This document shows, piece by piece, positions 1-9,565 of a DNA stretch of 64,000 nucleotides. Below the pieces are notes generated by a model. That model made no database searches. It was not told the DNA's origin and saw only the letters and a list, made by a program, of their open reading frames with translations. The DNA is taken from NCBI GenBank assembly GCA_965221695.1, contig OZ244905.1:288001-352000 (forward strand). Reading direction: 5' to 3'. How positions within the stretch are numbered: the stretch's first letter is position 1; each line of letters opens with the position of its first letter. Both the position numbers and the translations under genes were made by a program. Origin of the DNA: Gammaproteobacteria bacterium. GTDB lineage: Bacteria; Pseudomonadota; Gammaproteobacteria; Eutrophobiales; Eutrophobiaceae.

Positions 1-28
1 AAAAATCGACTTTGATTACGTCGAGTAA
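1..28 (+). CDS. rnr: 3' end of probable ribonuclease R (partial)
   Basis: Reads KIDFDYVE-stop, resembling the end of the RNase R S1 domain; TAATG overlap with rlmB; rnr-rlmB synteny is conserved. Confidence 0.6.
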
Positions 29-780
29 TGCCAGCAAAAAAAATCGAGCTTATTTGTGGTTATCACGCAGTCAGGCATGTTCTGGATCGGCGTCCCCAGG
101 ATGTGCTGGAGGTGTTCATATCAAGCGGCAAGCAGCGCTCGGCAAAACTGGACGAACTGTTAAGTGGGTGTGAACGCAATACCATCTCGGTGCAGCGCGT
201 TTCATATTCCAAGCTCGACAGGATGCTGGACACGACCCACCACCAGGGCATTGCGGCACGATGCCGGCAACCTGACACGGCACAGCGTCTGAGTATCGAT
301 GACCTGTGCGCAACCGCACCGGAACCTGGCGCAATGATACTGGCGCTGGACCGGGTGATGGATCCGCATAACCTCGGCGCGTGCATCAGGACGGCAGAGG
401 CAGCCGGTGTGAATACCGTGCTGTTGCCAAAGTCCCATAGCGCGCCGCTGAGCAGCGTTGTAAGTAAAGTGGCCAGCGGCGCGCTGGAAAACGTAACAGT
501 CATCAAGGTCACCAACCTTGCGCGCGCGCTCAGGCAACTGCGCAGTGCCGGTTACCATATTATCGGCGCCTGCGACACCGCCGGCAAAACAATTTACCAG
601 GTCGGTATCCGGTTCCCCGCAGTCCTGGTGATGGGTTCGGAAGAGACGGGCCTGCGGCGCAACACCCGGGAACATTGCGATGAGTTGGTCAGAATTCCGA
701 TGCGCGGTTTGGTGGAAAGCCTGAACCTGTCGGTCGCCGCGGGCGTGTGCCTGTATGAATTCAGGCGGCAGGGCAGTTGA
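28..780 (+). CDS. rlmB: 23S rRNA Gm2251 2'-O-methyltransferase
   Basis: SpoU/TrmH motifs HQG, LDRVMDPHNLGACIRTA, MGSEETGL and VESLNLSVA. Confidence 0.95.
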   Translation: MPAKKIELICGYHAVRHVLDRRPQDVLEVFISSGKQRSAKLDELLSGCERNTISVQRVSYSKLDRMLDTTHHQGIAARCRQPDTAQRLSIDDLCATAPEPGAMILALDRVMDPHNLGACIRTAEAAGVNTVLLPKSHSAPLSSVVSKVASGALENVTVIKVTNLARALRQLRSAGYHIIGACDTAGKTIYQVGIRFPAVLVMGSEETGLRRNTREHCDELVRIPMRGLVESLNLSVAAGVCLYEFRRQGS

Positions 781-859
781 GATAAGCGATTTCATTTGCT
801 GAAACCTCTTCGTTGTGAGATTATTTTCAGACGCATTGAACAACCAAGGGAGAAGAATC

Positions 860-1096
860 ATGAGTGAACCCGAATGCCCGCAAAAGAGTCCTTACGCAGT
901 TGAACTGGAGGCCGGGGTTTATTTCTGGTGCAAATGCGGCCACTCTGCCAATCAGCCGTTCTGTGATGGATCGCATGCCGGCTCCGACTTCACGCCGGTG
1001 CGGTTTGAAGTCGACGACACAAAAACGCTTTGGCTCTGCGGTTGCAAACGCAGCGGCAACTCCCATCTTTGTGACGGCACACATAACTCACTCTGA
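860..1096 (+). CDS. Small protein with two CDGSH 2Fe-2S domains (MiNT-like)
   Basis: WCKCGHSANQPFCDGSH and LCGCKRSGNSHLCDGTH; ATG at 860 after GGGAGA. Confidence 0.9.
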   Translation: MSEPECPQKSPYAVELEAGVYFWCKCGHSANQPFCDGSHAGSDFTPVRFEVDDTKTLWLCGCKRSGNSHLCDGTHNSL

Positions 1097-1118
1097 GCCT
1101 GAGCGGATGTCCCCCCTT

Positions 1119-1282
1119 GTAGCGCGGGCGTCTCAGCCCCTGAGATCGCAGGTATACCACCCCCTGGGAGCGCGGGTGTCTCGCCCCCGGGAGCGCGGGT
1201 GTCTCGCCCCCGGGAGCGTGGGTGTCTCGCCCCCGGGAGCGTGGGCGTCTCGCCTGCAGGCAGGCGGAACGCCTGTGTTCCC
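1119..1282. repeat. REP-like array: four tandem 23-bp units plus one inverted partner
   Basis: GGGAGCGYGGGYGTCTCGCCYSC units at 1166, 1189, 1212 and 1235; inverted degenerate copy ending at 1282; degenerate GTAG-initiated unit at about 1119; lies between convergent genes. Confidence 0.8.
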
Positions 1283-1304
1283 AACCCGGCATTGGTTGCT
1301 TTAG

Positions 1305-2519
1305 TCAAGCACTTGCTGTAGTGGCGCGTTGTGCGCCAAAAGGCAGTTTTTGTATGCCTCGGTTGGTGTTGGAACAGAGTATGCGCCAGGCAGTAATCAA
1401 CAGGTCAGGACCGAACAATCGCTCCCGGCTCCAGCCGTCTTCAGCGGAATAGAATTCATCCATGGCCTCGCGGGCGAATATATCCTCGTTGTTGAATTTT
1501 TCCGGGACCAGATCGCGCCACAGGTAGTTCATTTCGTCAAAAAACCTCTTTTTCTCCTGTTCGTTCTTGACTTTTGACCCCCAGCCGATCAAGTACCTGT
1601 GGGTTCGTTCCGTGACTGGCACGTACCATTCGAAATGAACTATATGGGGCGCAGGGAAGGGGTCGACGCGCAAAACGCCCGGCATCCAAATTCCCACTTC
1701 AGGGATCATATCCTGCATCACCCCCGGCTCGTCGGGCAGGTATCGGGCTGAGATGGTTTTCCCAGCAGCGACTTCCACCTCCCACAGTGGCGTGCCTGCG
1801 CCCCGAATCAACCTTACACCGCAAGGCCCGTCGTGTTCCCGGTTGCCATTGATCACTTCCATGCCCCGGTCCTCGCCCAGGCCGGTATCACCCAGCACTG
1901 TCGGCACCTTGAAGCCGCGCACCAGCGGAGAATTCCGGTGCATATAGGCATGGGCCGGGTCAAACCCGTTTTCTGCGCCAAGGCGCCAGTTACAGTTCAC
2001 TTCCTTGGCCCAGCCCTGCGGGAACATCAACAGGTCTTCATCCAGGAACCCAGGGGGGACATCGGTTTCAAATTCTGTCGGTTCACCGTCGCCGATAAAT
2101 ACAAATACCAGCCCCTGGGTTTCCTTAATCGGATAGGTCTTGATCCTGTGTCTGCCGATAAGAGCGCTGTGTGGATCCGTGATGATATTGATGAGTTCTC
2201 CGGATCTCAGGTCGTAGGTGAAACCGTGATACCAACAGGTGATCGTCTCGCGCGTGTAGCATTCCGGTTTTTTAGACAGGGGCACACCCTTGTGAATACA
2301 TTGATCGTGTATCGCATAGACCTGCCCATTCAACCGGCGGAAAAGAATCCTTTCTCCCAATATGATCTCGCATCGGAAATGCGCTATGGGTTCGCCGTTG
2401 CCGGCGCTGGCATCCGCTTCCAAGAGTTCATGACTGAAGAATGCGGGATACCAATGGTTGCGAAAACCCAGATTGGCATCGAGATAGCCCTGCCAGGGCG
2501 ATGGCGCGTTCTCAGGCAT
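1305..2519 (-). CDS. Rieske oxygenase of the 2-oxoquinoline 8-monooxygenase (OxoO)/carbazole dioxygenase (CarAa) type
   Basis: LGFRNHWYP, Rieske CIHKG...CWYHG, NWRLGAENGFDPAH, FEWYVP and NRGIQ; start placed at MPENAP, 5 bp past the upstream gene stop. Confidence 0.88.
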   Translation of the reverse strand: MPENAPSPWQGYLDANLGFRNHWYPAFFSHELLEADASAGNGEPIAHFRCEIILGERILFRRLNGQVYAIHDQCIHKGVPLSKKPECYTRETITCWYHGFTYDLRSGELINIITDPHSALIGRHRIKTYPIKETQGLVFVFIGDGEPTEFETDVPPGFLDEDLLMFPQGWAKEVNCNWRLGAENGFDPAHAYMHRNSPLVRGFKVPTVLGDTGLGEDRGMEVINGNREHDGPCGVRLIRGAGTPLWEVEVAAGKTISARYLPDEPGVMQDMIPEVGIWMPGVLRVDPFPAPHIVHFEWYVPVTERTHRYLIGWGSKVKNEQEKKRFFDEMNYLWRDLVPEKFNNEDIFAREAMDEFYSAEDGWSRERLFGPDLLITAWRILCSNTNRGIQKLPFGAQRATTASA

Positions 2520-2524
2520 CCGGC

Positions 2525-3241
2525 TCAGGCAAGCGCCAGCAGTTCCAGCGCAAATTGGGCCGTGGCGGATGCCATGGGCACATGATCCGTGGCAAAGCTG
2601 ACAACTTTGCCGCACGGCAGCGCCGCCTGCATCTGGCGCTGGCATTCGATGGGTATGGCTTTGTCCTGCAGTGTCTCGAAATAGACCCGGGGTATCCGGC
2701 CGTAATTTTTCTCGCTCAGACGCAACGGCGTGGCCAGGGGCTTGCGCGCCATGGGACGTTGCAGTCTAGCGGCTTTGTCCACGGCCGCTTGCGGCGAGGT
2801 GTTGTAAATGAGGCTCGCCAAATGCTCTTTTCTGAAACTGACCGCGCCGTCCTGGCTGACATCGCAATGGCTGATAACTGGTGACGGGATCGGTTGGTTG
2901 TCCCAGAAGCTCTTCGGCGAACTACCGTCCGGCAGCAGAAATGCCGCGACATAAACCAGCGTTTTGATACGTTCAGGCTGGTGTTCAGCCGCCTGAGAGA
3001 TGGTTATACCTCCGAGACTGTGACCCACCAGAACCACGGGTTCCGCTTGCCGCTCCAGGATCTCGATGACCCGTCCGCAATAGCTGTCCAGGGTAATCTC
3101 GGATAGAGGAGTTTGATCCTTACCTTGGCTGGGCAGATCAGGCGCAATGACCTCATGCCCGGCCTGCTTAACAGGTTCACGCACCGAGTCCCAACTCCAA
3201 CTGCCGGAAAATGCGCCGTGTATCAATACAAATGCGGTCAC
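2525..3241 (-). CDS. Alpha/beta hydrolase, SABP2/methylesterase-like
   Basis: FVLIHGAF, GHSLGG nucleophile elbow, QDKAIP Asp and TDHVPM His. Confidence 0.88.
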   Translation of the reverse strand: MTAFVLIHGAFSGSWSWDSVREPVKQAGHEVIAPDLPSQGKDQTPLSEITLDSYCGRVIEILERQAEPVVLVGHSLGGITISQAAEHQPERIKTLVYVAAFLLPDGSSPKSFWDNQPIPSPVISHCDVSQDGAVSFRKEHLASLIYNTSPQAAVDKAARLQRPMARKPLATPLRLSEKNYGRIPRVYFETLQDKAIPIECQRQMQAALPCGKVVSFATDHVPMASATAQFALELLALA

Positions 3242-3267
3242 TTAATCTCTCCTGACTGACGTATTAT

Positions 3268-3304
3268 TTAATGAACCTCTGAGACTTAATCAGAGGTTTC
3301 TTAA
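3268..3304. repeat. Solo terminal hairpin of the window's MITE family
   Basis: GAACCTCTGAGACTTAATCAGAGGTTTC matches the right end of the copies at 20634 and 48347. Confidence 0.75.
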
Positions 3305-3569
3305 TTATAAAATATGTTTCCTGATTTTATCGATATCCTGAACAATTATTTGTCACTTTTGTCCATGCGCCATTGTTGCGCCTGTAATTGCAAGCATGTG
3401 CGTAGCCGGCCAAGCAACCGCCGCTTGTTTTGCCGTATTGTTTTGTTCGCACAATACAAACACCGCCTCAGTTGCTGCTTTGACCTGAAATCGTGCGTCC
3501 GTAACAGGTGAGATTACAAGGCTGTGTTCCTGCTGTTGCAGGGAAGGGACGGGAGAATGCCCTGGACCG

Positions 3570-4259
3570 TCAACGTCGCAAAAATGCGATCCAACGGTAG
3601 AAATTCAGCAGACTGGAAAGAGAGGCAGCAACATAGGTGAGCGCAGCGGCGCTGAGGATCCGGCGCGCAACAGGCTCTGCGCTACGCGGCAGATAATTAC
3701 CCTCAATCAAGAGCGGCAAGGCGCGGTTAAAACTGGCGTCCAACTCCACCGGCAATGTCACCAGGTGAAAAATAACCGGCAGCATGAGTATCAGGATGCC
3801 GGAAGCGAGCATCAGGATGCCGACCAACGGTGATTTTATCAGTATCGTTACGAACGGAAAGCTGACCAGCACGATCGATGCTATTTTCTCGGTATACGCG
3901 ATATACTTGGCCAATTTCCAACGTAGGTAAAGAGGTTTAAAACCAAACTTATGCTGCAAAGCATGGCCGACTTCATGCGCGGCAATGACCACCGAAGTCA
4001 GGGATTTGCGCTCAAAGACACCGGGAGACAGGCGCACGGCTCTGGTTTCCGGGTCGTAGTGGTCGCCGCCGTTTTCCAACGCTTCAACCTTACACTCGGC
4101 CAGTTTCAGGTGAGTGATTAAATGGCGAGCCAGTTCTCCACCGGTTCCGGGCAATTCATCTATTACCTTGTCGTAACGTTTGAAAACATATTTTGTCCAC
4201 AAGTTGGGACCCAGGATCAGCGCCAGTAGTAGAATAAAGCCTATGATACCGAGCAACAT
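3570..4259 (-). CDS. Membrane zinc metallopeptidase (YugP/Zn_peptidase_2)
   Basis: DHYDP, AAHEVGHALQH, TLPVELDAS and AAALTYVA motifs. Confidence 0.9.
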   Translation of the reverse strand: MLLGIIGFILLLALILGPNLWTKYVFKRYDKVIDELPGTGGELARHLITHLKLAECKVEALENGGDHYDPETRAVRLSPGVFERKSLTSVVIAAHEVGHALQHKFGFKPLYLRWKLAKYIAYTEKIASIVLVSFPFVTILIKSPLVGILMLASGILILMLPVIFHLVTLPVELDASFNRALPLLIEGNYLPRSAEPVARRILSAAALTYVAASLSSLLNFYRWIAFLRR

Positions 4260-4281
4260 GACAAGGTCCTCTGATTTTACA

Positions 4282-5376
4282 ATGACTCCGGCGCAATATT
4301 ATCAGTCCGATATTGACAAGGGCAGGATCATATCTGATCCGGATCAGGCCGTTGTCATCAGTCGCGCGCAGTCATTATACGACGATCTGACGGGAGCTGG
4401 CGTGAATAGTCGCGTCAAACGTTTTTTCAGGCGGTTATCATCAGCCCGGCAAGACCAGGTCAAGGGTTTGTATCTCTGGGGCAGAGTCGGCAGCGGCAAA
4501 ACCTATATAGTGGATATGCTATACGATTGCCTGCCTTTTGATCACAAGTTGCGCGTGCATTTTCACCGCTATATGCAATGGGTGCACGCACAATTGAAAC
4601 AGCTCAATGATGTGAAAGAACCGTTGAGACGGGTTGCAGACAAGTTAGCCCGCGATACCCGCGTAATCTGTTTCGATGAGTTCCACGTTTCCGATATCAC
4701 TGATGCGATGCTGTTGAGCGGACTGTTGCGCGAATTGTTCCGGCACGGAGTCACCTTAATCGCCACCTCCAACGAACATCCGGATAAGTTGTATTGGGGT
4801 GGCCTACAACGCGAGCGTTTTTTGCCGGCAATTGAACTGATTAAACAGCACACCCATGTTGTCAGTCTTGATACCGGTGTCGATTATCGCTTGCGTTACC
4901 TGGACCAGGCCCGGACTTACCACTATCCACTGAATACTGATAGCAGTCAACGATTGAAAGAGAGTTTTACTAAAATTGCGTCGAAAGATGCCGTAGAGAA
5001 TATTTCCATTGAAATCGAAGGCCGAACGTTCACAGTAAAACGACTCGCTTCCGGTGTGGCCTGGTTTGATTTCATCGAACTGTGCGACGGCCCAAGAGGT
5101 GTTGCCGATTACATCGAGATTGCCCGACAGTTTCAAACGGTGTTTGTAGAAGGCATTATCCAAATGAACGATGCGGAGAATGACCTGGCAAGACGTTTTA
5201 TCAACATGGTGGATGAATTTTATGATCGTAATGTCAAACTGATTATTACCGCGCAAGCCAGCGCGCAGGAACTATATGTTGGTAAACGCCTGCGGCAAGA
5301 GTACGCGCGCACAGCAAGCAGGCTCATCGAAATGCAATCCCATGAGTATCTTGGCCGCCCACATTTGTCTGATTGA
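4282..5376 (+). CDS. zapE: AFG1/ZapE family ATPase
   Basis: GLYLWGRVGSGKT Walker A, HFHRYM, CFDEFHV, GLQRERF and RTASRLIEMQS. Confidence 0.92.
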   Translation: MTPAQYYQSDIDKGRIISDPDQAVVISRAQSLYDDLTGAGVNSRVKRFFRRLSSARQDQVKGLYLWGRVGSGKTYIVDMLYDCLPFDHKLRVHFHRYMQWVHAQLKQLNDVKEPLRRVADKLARDTRVICFDEFHVSDITDAMLLSGLLRELFRHGVTLIATSNEHPDKLYWGGLQRERFLPAIELIKQHTHVVSLDTGVDYRLRYLDQARTYHYPLNTDSSQRLKESFTKIASKDAVENISIEIEGRTFTVKRLASGVAWFDFIELCDGPRGVADYIEIARQFQTVFVEGIIQMNDAENDLARRFINMVDEFYDRNVKLIITAQASAQELYVGKRLRQEYARTASRLIEMQSHEYLGRPHLSD

Positions 5377-5497
5377 TGAGATGGAGCAGGGCTATCACGT
5401 CACCGCCGCGATGTGTGTTATTATTCAACCATCCGGAAAAAACAATAATAAGACAAGCTCGGCTTAATTCGGGCTTGCCAGGCTAGAGGAGGCGTTA

Positions 5498-7549
5498 TTG
5501 GTGTCCTATACAACCGAAAACATTCGAAATATTGCTATTACCGGCCATAGTGGATCAGGCAAAACAACATTAGTGGAAGCCTTGCTGCTGGGCGCCGGCG
5601 CGATCAACCAGAAAGGTTCGGTAGAGCGAGGCACTACAGTTTGCGATTTTGATGCCCAGGAGAAGACACATCAGCATTCATTGGACAGCGCTATAGCCAG
5701 CCTGGATTACCAGGGCAGTCACATCAATCTCATTGATACACCTGGATATCCTGACTTTATGGGACGCGCATTATCAGCCTTGGCCGCCGTGGAGACCTGC
5801 GCGGTGGTTGTAAATGCCCAGTCCGGCGTTGAGATGGTAACTCGCAAAATGATGGAACAAGCCGGAGAAAGAGGACTGGATCGCCTGTTTATTGTGAATA
5901 AGATCGATGCCGATGACATAGACCTCGAGTCTCTCTTGCAACAACTCAGAGACACCTACGGCAGCGAATGCCTGCCTTTGAATCTGCCGGCAGCGGGAGG
6001 ATCCGAAGTAGTAGATTGTTTTTTTCAGTCCGAAGGTAAGGAAACCGACTTTATGTCCGTTGCGGAGGCGCATACTAATATCGTTGACCAGGTGGTCGAA
6101 CTCGATGAGGAACTGATGGAGAAGTACCTGGAACAAGAGGAGGATATCGACCCGGAACAGCTTCATGAGCCTTTTGAACAGGCTCTTCGCGAAGGGCATT
6201 TCATTCCGGTATGCTTTGTTTCTGCGGAAACCGGCGCAGGTGTACAGCAATTGCTGGATATTTTTGCCCGATTGATGCCGAATCCTGCCGAAGGTAATCC
6301 GCCTCCCATATTCCGGAACCAGGGTGACGCAGCGGAACAGGTCGACATCAGTCCGGACCCTGACGCGTCTGTGATTGCTCACGTATTTAAAGTCAATATC
6401 GATCCGTTCGTCGGCAAGCTCGGTGTGTTCAGGATCCATCGTGGCACAGTGACTAAGGAGAGTCAGTTGTTTATCGGGGACAGCCGTAAACCGTTCAAAG
6501 TAGGACACTTGTTGAAACTGCAGGGCAAGGATCATACCGAAATCGAACAGGGCGTGCCCGGAGACATCTGCGGTGTGGCAAAAATTGACGAGCTTCGTTT
6601 TGACTCGCTGTTACACGATTCTCATGATGATGATCAGGTCTACCTGCAATCCGTGGATAAGCCTGCGCCCATGTATGGTTTGGCTATCCAGGCAAAGAGC
6701 AGGGGAGATGAACAGAAAATATCAGACGCGTTGCACAAGCTACTGCTTGAAGATCAGAGTTTCCTGGTGGAGCACAATGCGACGACCAATGAAACAGTCA
6801 TACGCGGAATGGGTGAGTTTCATTTGCGTATCATGCTGGAAAAACTGAAAGATCGGCATAATGTGGAAGTCACGACTAGAACGCCGAAAATCGCTTATAA
6901 GGAAACCATCACTGCCAATGCCGAAGGTCATCATCGGCATAAGAAGCAGACCGGCGGCGCCGGACAATTCGGCGAAGTCTTCCTGAGAGTTGAACCCTTA
7001 GCAAGAGGAGGGGGCTTTGAGTTTGTCGATGCCGTGGTCGGCGGAGTCATCCCCAAACCCCTGGTCCCTGCCGTTGAGAAAGGAATCAGACAGGCCCTGG
7101 ACAGTGGCGCCCTGTCTGGCAATCCCATACAGGATATCAGGGTGACGGTGTATGACGGGAAACACCACTCGGTTGATTCCAAGGAAGTGGCGTTCATCGC
7201 CGCCGGTAAGAAAGCGTTCCTGGACGCGTTTCATAAAGCCAGGCCAGTTGTCTTAGAGCCGATTGTGGATATCAATGTGACTGCTCCCAGCGACGCCATG
7301 GGCGATATCAACGCTGATATATCCGGCAAACGAGGACGCATCAGCAACACGCTGGCAATGACAGGTGGGATATCGACCATTACCGCCAGCGTGCCATTGA
7401 GCGAATTAGATAATTACCACTCACAACTGAAATCCATGACCGGAGGAACAGGTTCTTTTTCTCTCAGCTTCAGCCATTATGATCCGGCGCCGGCCAAAAC
7501 ACAGAAAGAACTTATTGCCGCTTACAAACCAAAGGAAGAAGACGAATAG
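5498..7549 (+). CDS. Elongation factor G paralog (EF-G II type)
   Basis: GHSGSGKTT, DTPGYPDF, NKID, HKKQTGGAGQFG and HSVDS; lacks the canonical RGITI; GTG at 5501 may be the true start. Confidence 0.92.
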   Translation: MVSYTTENIRNIAITGHSGSGKTTLVEALLLGAGAINQKGSVERGTTVCDFDAQEKTHQHSLDSAIASLDYQGSHINLIDTPGYPDFMGRALSALAAVETCAVVVNAQSGVEMVTRKMMEQAGERGLDRLFIVNKIDADDIDLESLLQQLRDTYGSECLPLNLPAAGGSEVVDCFFQSEGKETDFMSVAEAHTNIVDQVVELDEELMEKYLEQEEDIDPEQLHEPFEQALREGHFIPVCFVSAETGAGVQQLLDIFARLMPNPAEGNPPPIFRNQGDAAEQVDISPDPDASVIAHVFKVNIDPFVGKLGVFRIHRGTVTKESQLFIGDSRKPFKVGHLLKLQGKDHTEIEQGVPGDICGVAKIDELRFDSLLHDSHDDDQVYLQSVDKPAPMYGLAIQAKSRGDEQKISDALHKLLLEDQSFLVEHNATTNETVIRGMGEFHLRIMLEKLKDRHNVEVTTRTPKIAYKETITANAEGHHRHKKQTGGAGQFGEVFLRVEPLARGGGFEFVDAVVGGVIPKPLVPAVEKGIRQALDSGALSGNPIQDIRVTVYDGKHHSVDSKEVAFIAAGKKAFLDAFHKARPVVLEPIVDINVTAPSDAMGDINADISGKRGRISNTLAMTGGISTITASVPLSELDNYHSQLKSMTGGTGSFSLSFSHYDPAPAKTQKELIAAYKPKEEDE

Positions 7550-7870
7550 AGCTGTAACTTCAACAAGACGCAACGGAAGTTGCGCGCCTGCCTGTGCGTA
7601 AATCCTCATGATCATAGCTCTGTACGCCCCGACAGCTTGTAACTTTTGACACAGACCGGAATTTCCACCATACCACTCCCGCCCTCGCTCAATGCCATAC
7701 GGGGGCAGGTAGGTCAGCTAATAAAATTTACACAGCAAACCAGTGATGGAAACAAACGGTTATTTATATCTTTTTATCATATAGATAGTAAAATTAAGCT
7801 CTTTTCTTCATAAAACTTACCTGTTATCGTTGGCGCCCCTGTCGAAATTTATGGGCCATTTATCGCTGTT

Positions 7871-9565
7871 ATGTACCAATATGACGAATACGATCAGCAG
7901 ATTGTCAATGAGCGAGTAGAGCAGTTTCGCGACCAGACGCAACGTTATCTGGCCGGAGAACTGAGTGAAGATGAATATCGTCCGTTGCGACTGATGAATG
8001 GCTTGTACATACAGAGGCATGCGCCGATGCTGCGCGTGTCCATCCCTTACGGCCTGTTGTCCTCGGCCCAGTTGCGTATGCTGGCCTACATTGCTGAGAA
8101 GTACGATAGGGGCTATGGTCACTTCAGCACCCGGCAGAATATACAGTTCAACTGGCCCAGACTTGAAACCGTGCCCGATATTCTGACGCACCTTGCCAGT
8201 GTGCAAATGCACGCAATCCAAACCAGCGGCAACTGCATACGCAACATCACCTCTGACCACTTTGCAGGGATTGCCGAGGATGAGTTGGAAGACCCTCGCC
8301 CTTATTGCGAAATCATTCGCCAATGGTCCACCTTCCATCCTGAATTTTCGTTTCTTCCGCGTAAGTTCAAGATTGCCGTATCAGGGGCCGAGAGTGATCG
8401 AGCGGCCGTTCAAATCCATGATATCGGCATCTATCTGGTCAGGAATGAAGCGGGTGAAACAGGCTACAAAATACTTGTAGGCGGCGGCCTGGGACGCACC
8501 CCATACCTGGGTGTCTGTATTCGGGATTATCTGGAAAAGCGTCATCTGTTGTCTTACCTGGAAGCCATTCTGCGCGTTTACAACCAATTAGGCCGGCGCG
8601 ACAACATTCATAAAGCCAGGCTCAAGATACTGGTGAATGCGGTTGGAGCGGAACAATTTACCGATATGGTTGAAACCGAATGGCGCGCAATCAAGGACTC
8701 GGCGCTGTTGCTGGACCAGGCTGAGATAGACCGGGTCAAGGGTTTTTTCGCCGAGCCGAAGTTTGATAGCGCCGCAGCCGATGATGCGACGTTCGCAAAA
8801 CGTCTGGTGTTGCAAAAAGATTTCAATCTGTGGACGCAGCGCAATGTCAAGGCCCATAAAGCGCCCGGTTACCGAGCTGTTTACCTCTCTCTCAAATATC
8901 CGGGCGTTGCACCTGGCGATGCCAGTAGCGCGCAGATGAATCATATTGCGGATCTGGCTGATAACTACAGCTATTCGGAAATACGCGTGACCCATGACCA
9001 AAACCTGATCCTGCCCCATGTCAGACAAGGAGACCTCTATCCACTCTGGATTGCTCTGAAAAAGCAGCGTCTGGCCACACCCAACATTGGTTTGCTGACG
9101 GATATGATCTGTTGCCCGGGGCTGGATTTCTGCAACCTGGCAAATGCCGGCTCCATAGATGTCGCCGAACAAATCAATGACCGGTTTGCTGAATTGGACT
9201 ATCTACATGATATCGGTGATTTCCAGATTAAGATGTCGGGCTGTATGAATGCCTGCGGCCATCATCATGTAGGACATATCGGTATATTGGGCGTTGACAA
9301 AAAAGGCAAAGAATTCTATCAGCTAACGCTGGGCGGATCCGCAGGAATCAATGCGCGGCTTGGGGACCGTCTTGGCCCTGCCGTCGCCAAAGAAGATGTG
9401 GCAGAGACCATAGACAGGATATTACGCGTGTATCTTGAGCTGCGTGAAGGAGAAGAGCAGTTCCTCGAAACCTACCTGCGCGTAGGAACAGACCCGTTCA
9501 AGGACAGAGTCTACGCGACTGAAAGTGAGCCTGTAGAGGAGTTCAAGGCCGTTGCGGGTTATTAA
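7871..9565 (+). CDS. cysI: Sulfite/nitrite reductase hemoprotein (Pseudomonas CysI type)
   Basis: STRQNIQFNW, TSGNCIRN, LPRKFKIA and siroheme/4Fe-4S ligands CPGLDFC...SGCMNAC; followed by DUF934. Confidence 0.88.
   Translation: MYQYDEYDQQIVNERVEQFRDQTQRYLAGELSEDEYRPLRLMNGLYIQRHAPMLRVSIPYGLLSSAQLRMLAYIAEKYDRGYGHFSTRQNIQFNWPRLETVPDILTHLASVQMHAIQTSGNCIRNITSDHFAGIAEDELEDPRPYCEIIRQWSTFHPEFSFLPRKFKIAVSGAESDRAAVQIHDIGIYLVRNEAGETGYKILVGGGLGRTPYLGVCIRDYLEKRHLLSYLEAILRVYNQLGRRDNIHKARLKILVNAVGAEQFTDMVETEWRAIKDSALLLDQAEIDRVKGFFAEPKFDSAAADDATFAKRLVLQKDFNLWTQRNVKAHKAPGYRAVYLSLKYPGVAPGDASSAQMNHIADLADNYSYSEIRVTHDQNLILPHVRQGDLYPLWIALKKQRLATPNIGLLTDMICCPGLDFCNLANAGSIDVAEQINDRFAELDYLHDIGDFQIKMSGCMNACGHHHVGHIGILGVDKKGKEFYQLTLGGSAGINARLGDRLGPAVAKEDVAETIDRILRVYLELREGEEQFLETYLRVGTDPFKDRVYATESEPVEEFKAVAGY

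Noticed and set aside
1166-1257. Possible CRISPR array
   Set aside because: The 23-bp units are directly adjacent with no spacers, and there are no cas genes in the window.
864-1452. Overlapping ORFs with repeated peptides (RPRERG, GGETPALP)
   Set aside because: They are translations of the REP-like tandem and overlap real genes.
2525-3241. Hydrolase as a Hod/Qdo cofactor-free dioxygenase or CarC meta-cleavage hydrolase
   Set aside because: Length and motifs (HGAF, GHSLGG, DKAIP, DHVP) fit the MES/SABP2 esterase group better.
7740-7820. AT-rich tract upstream of cysI as a CysB site
   Set aside because: Plausible by context, but no discrete motif can be identified.
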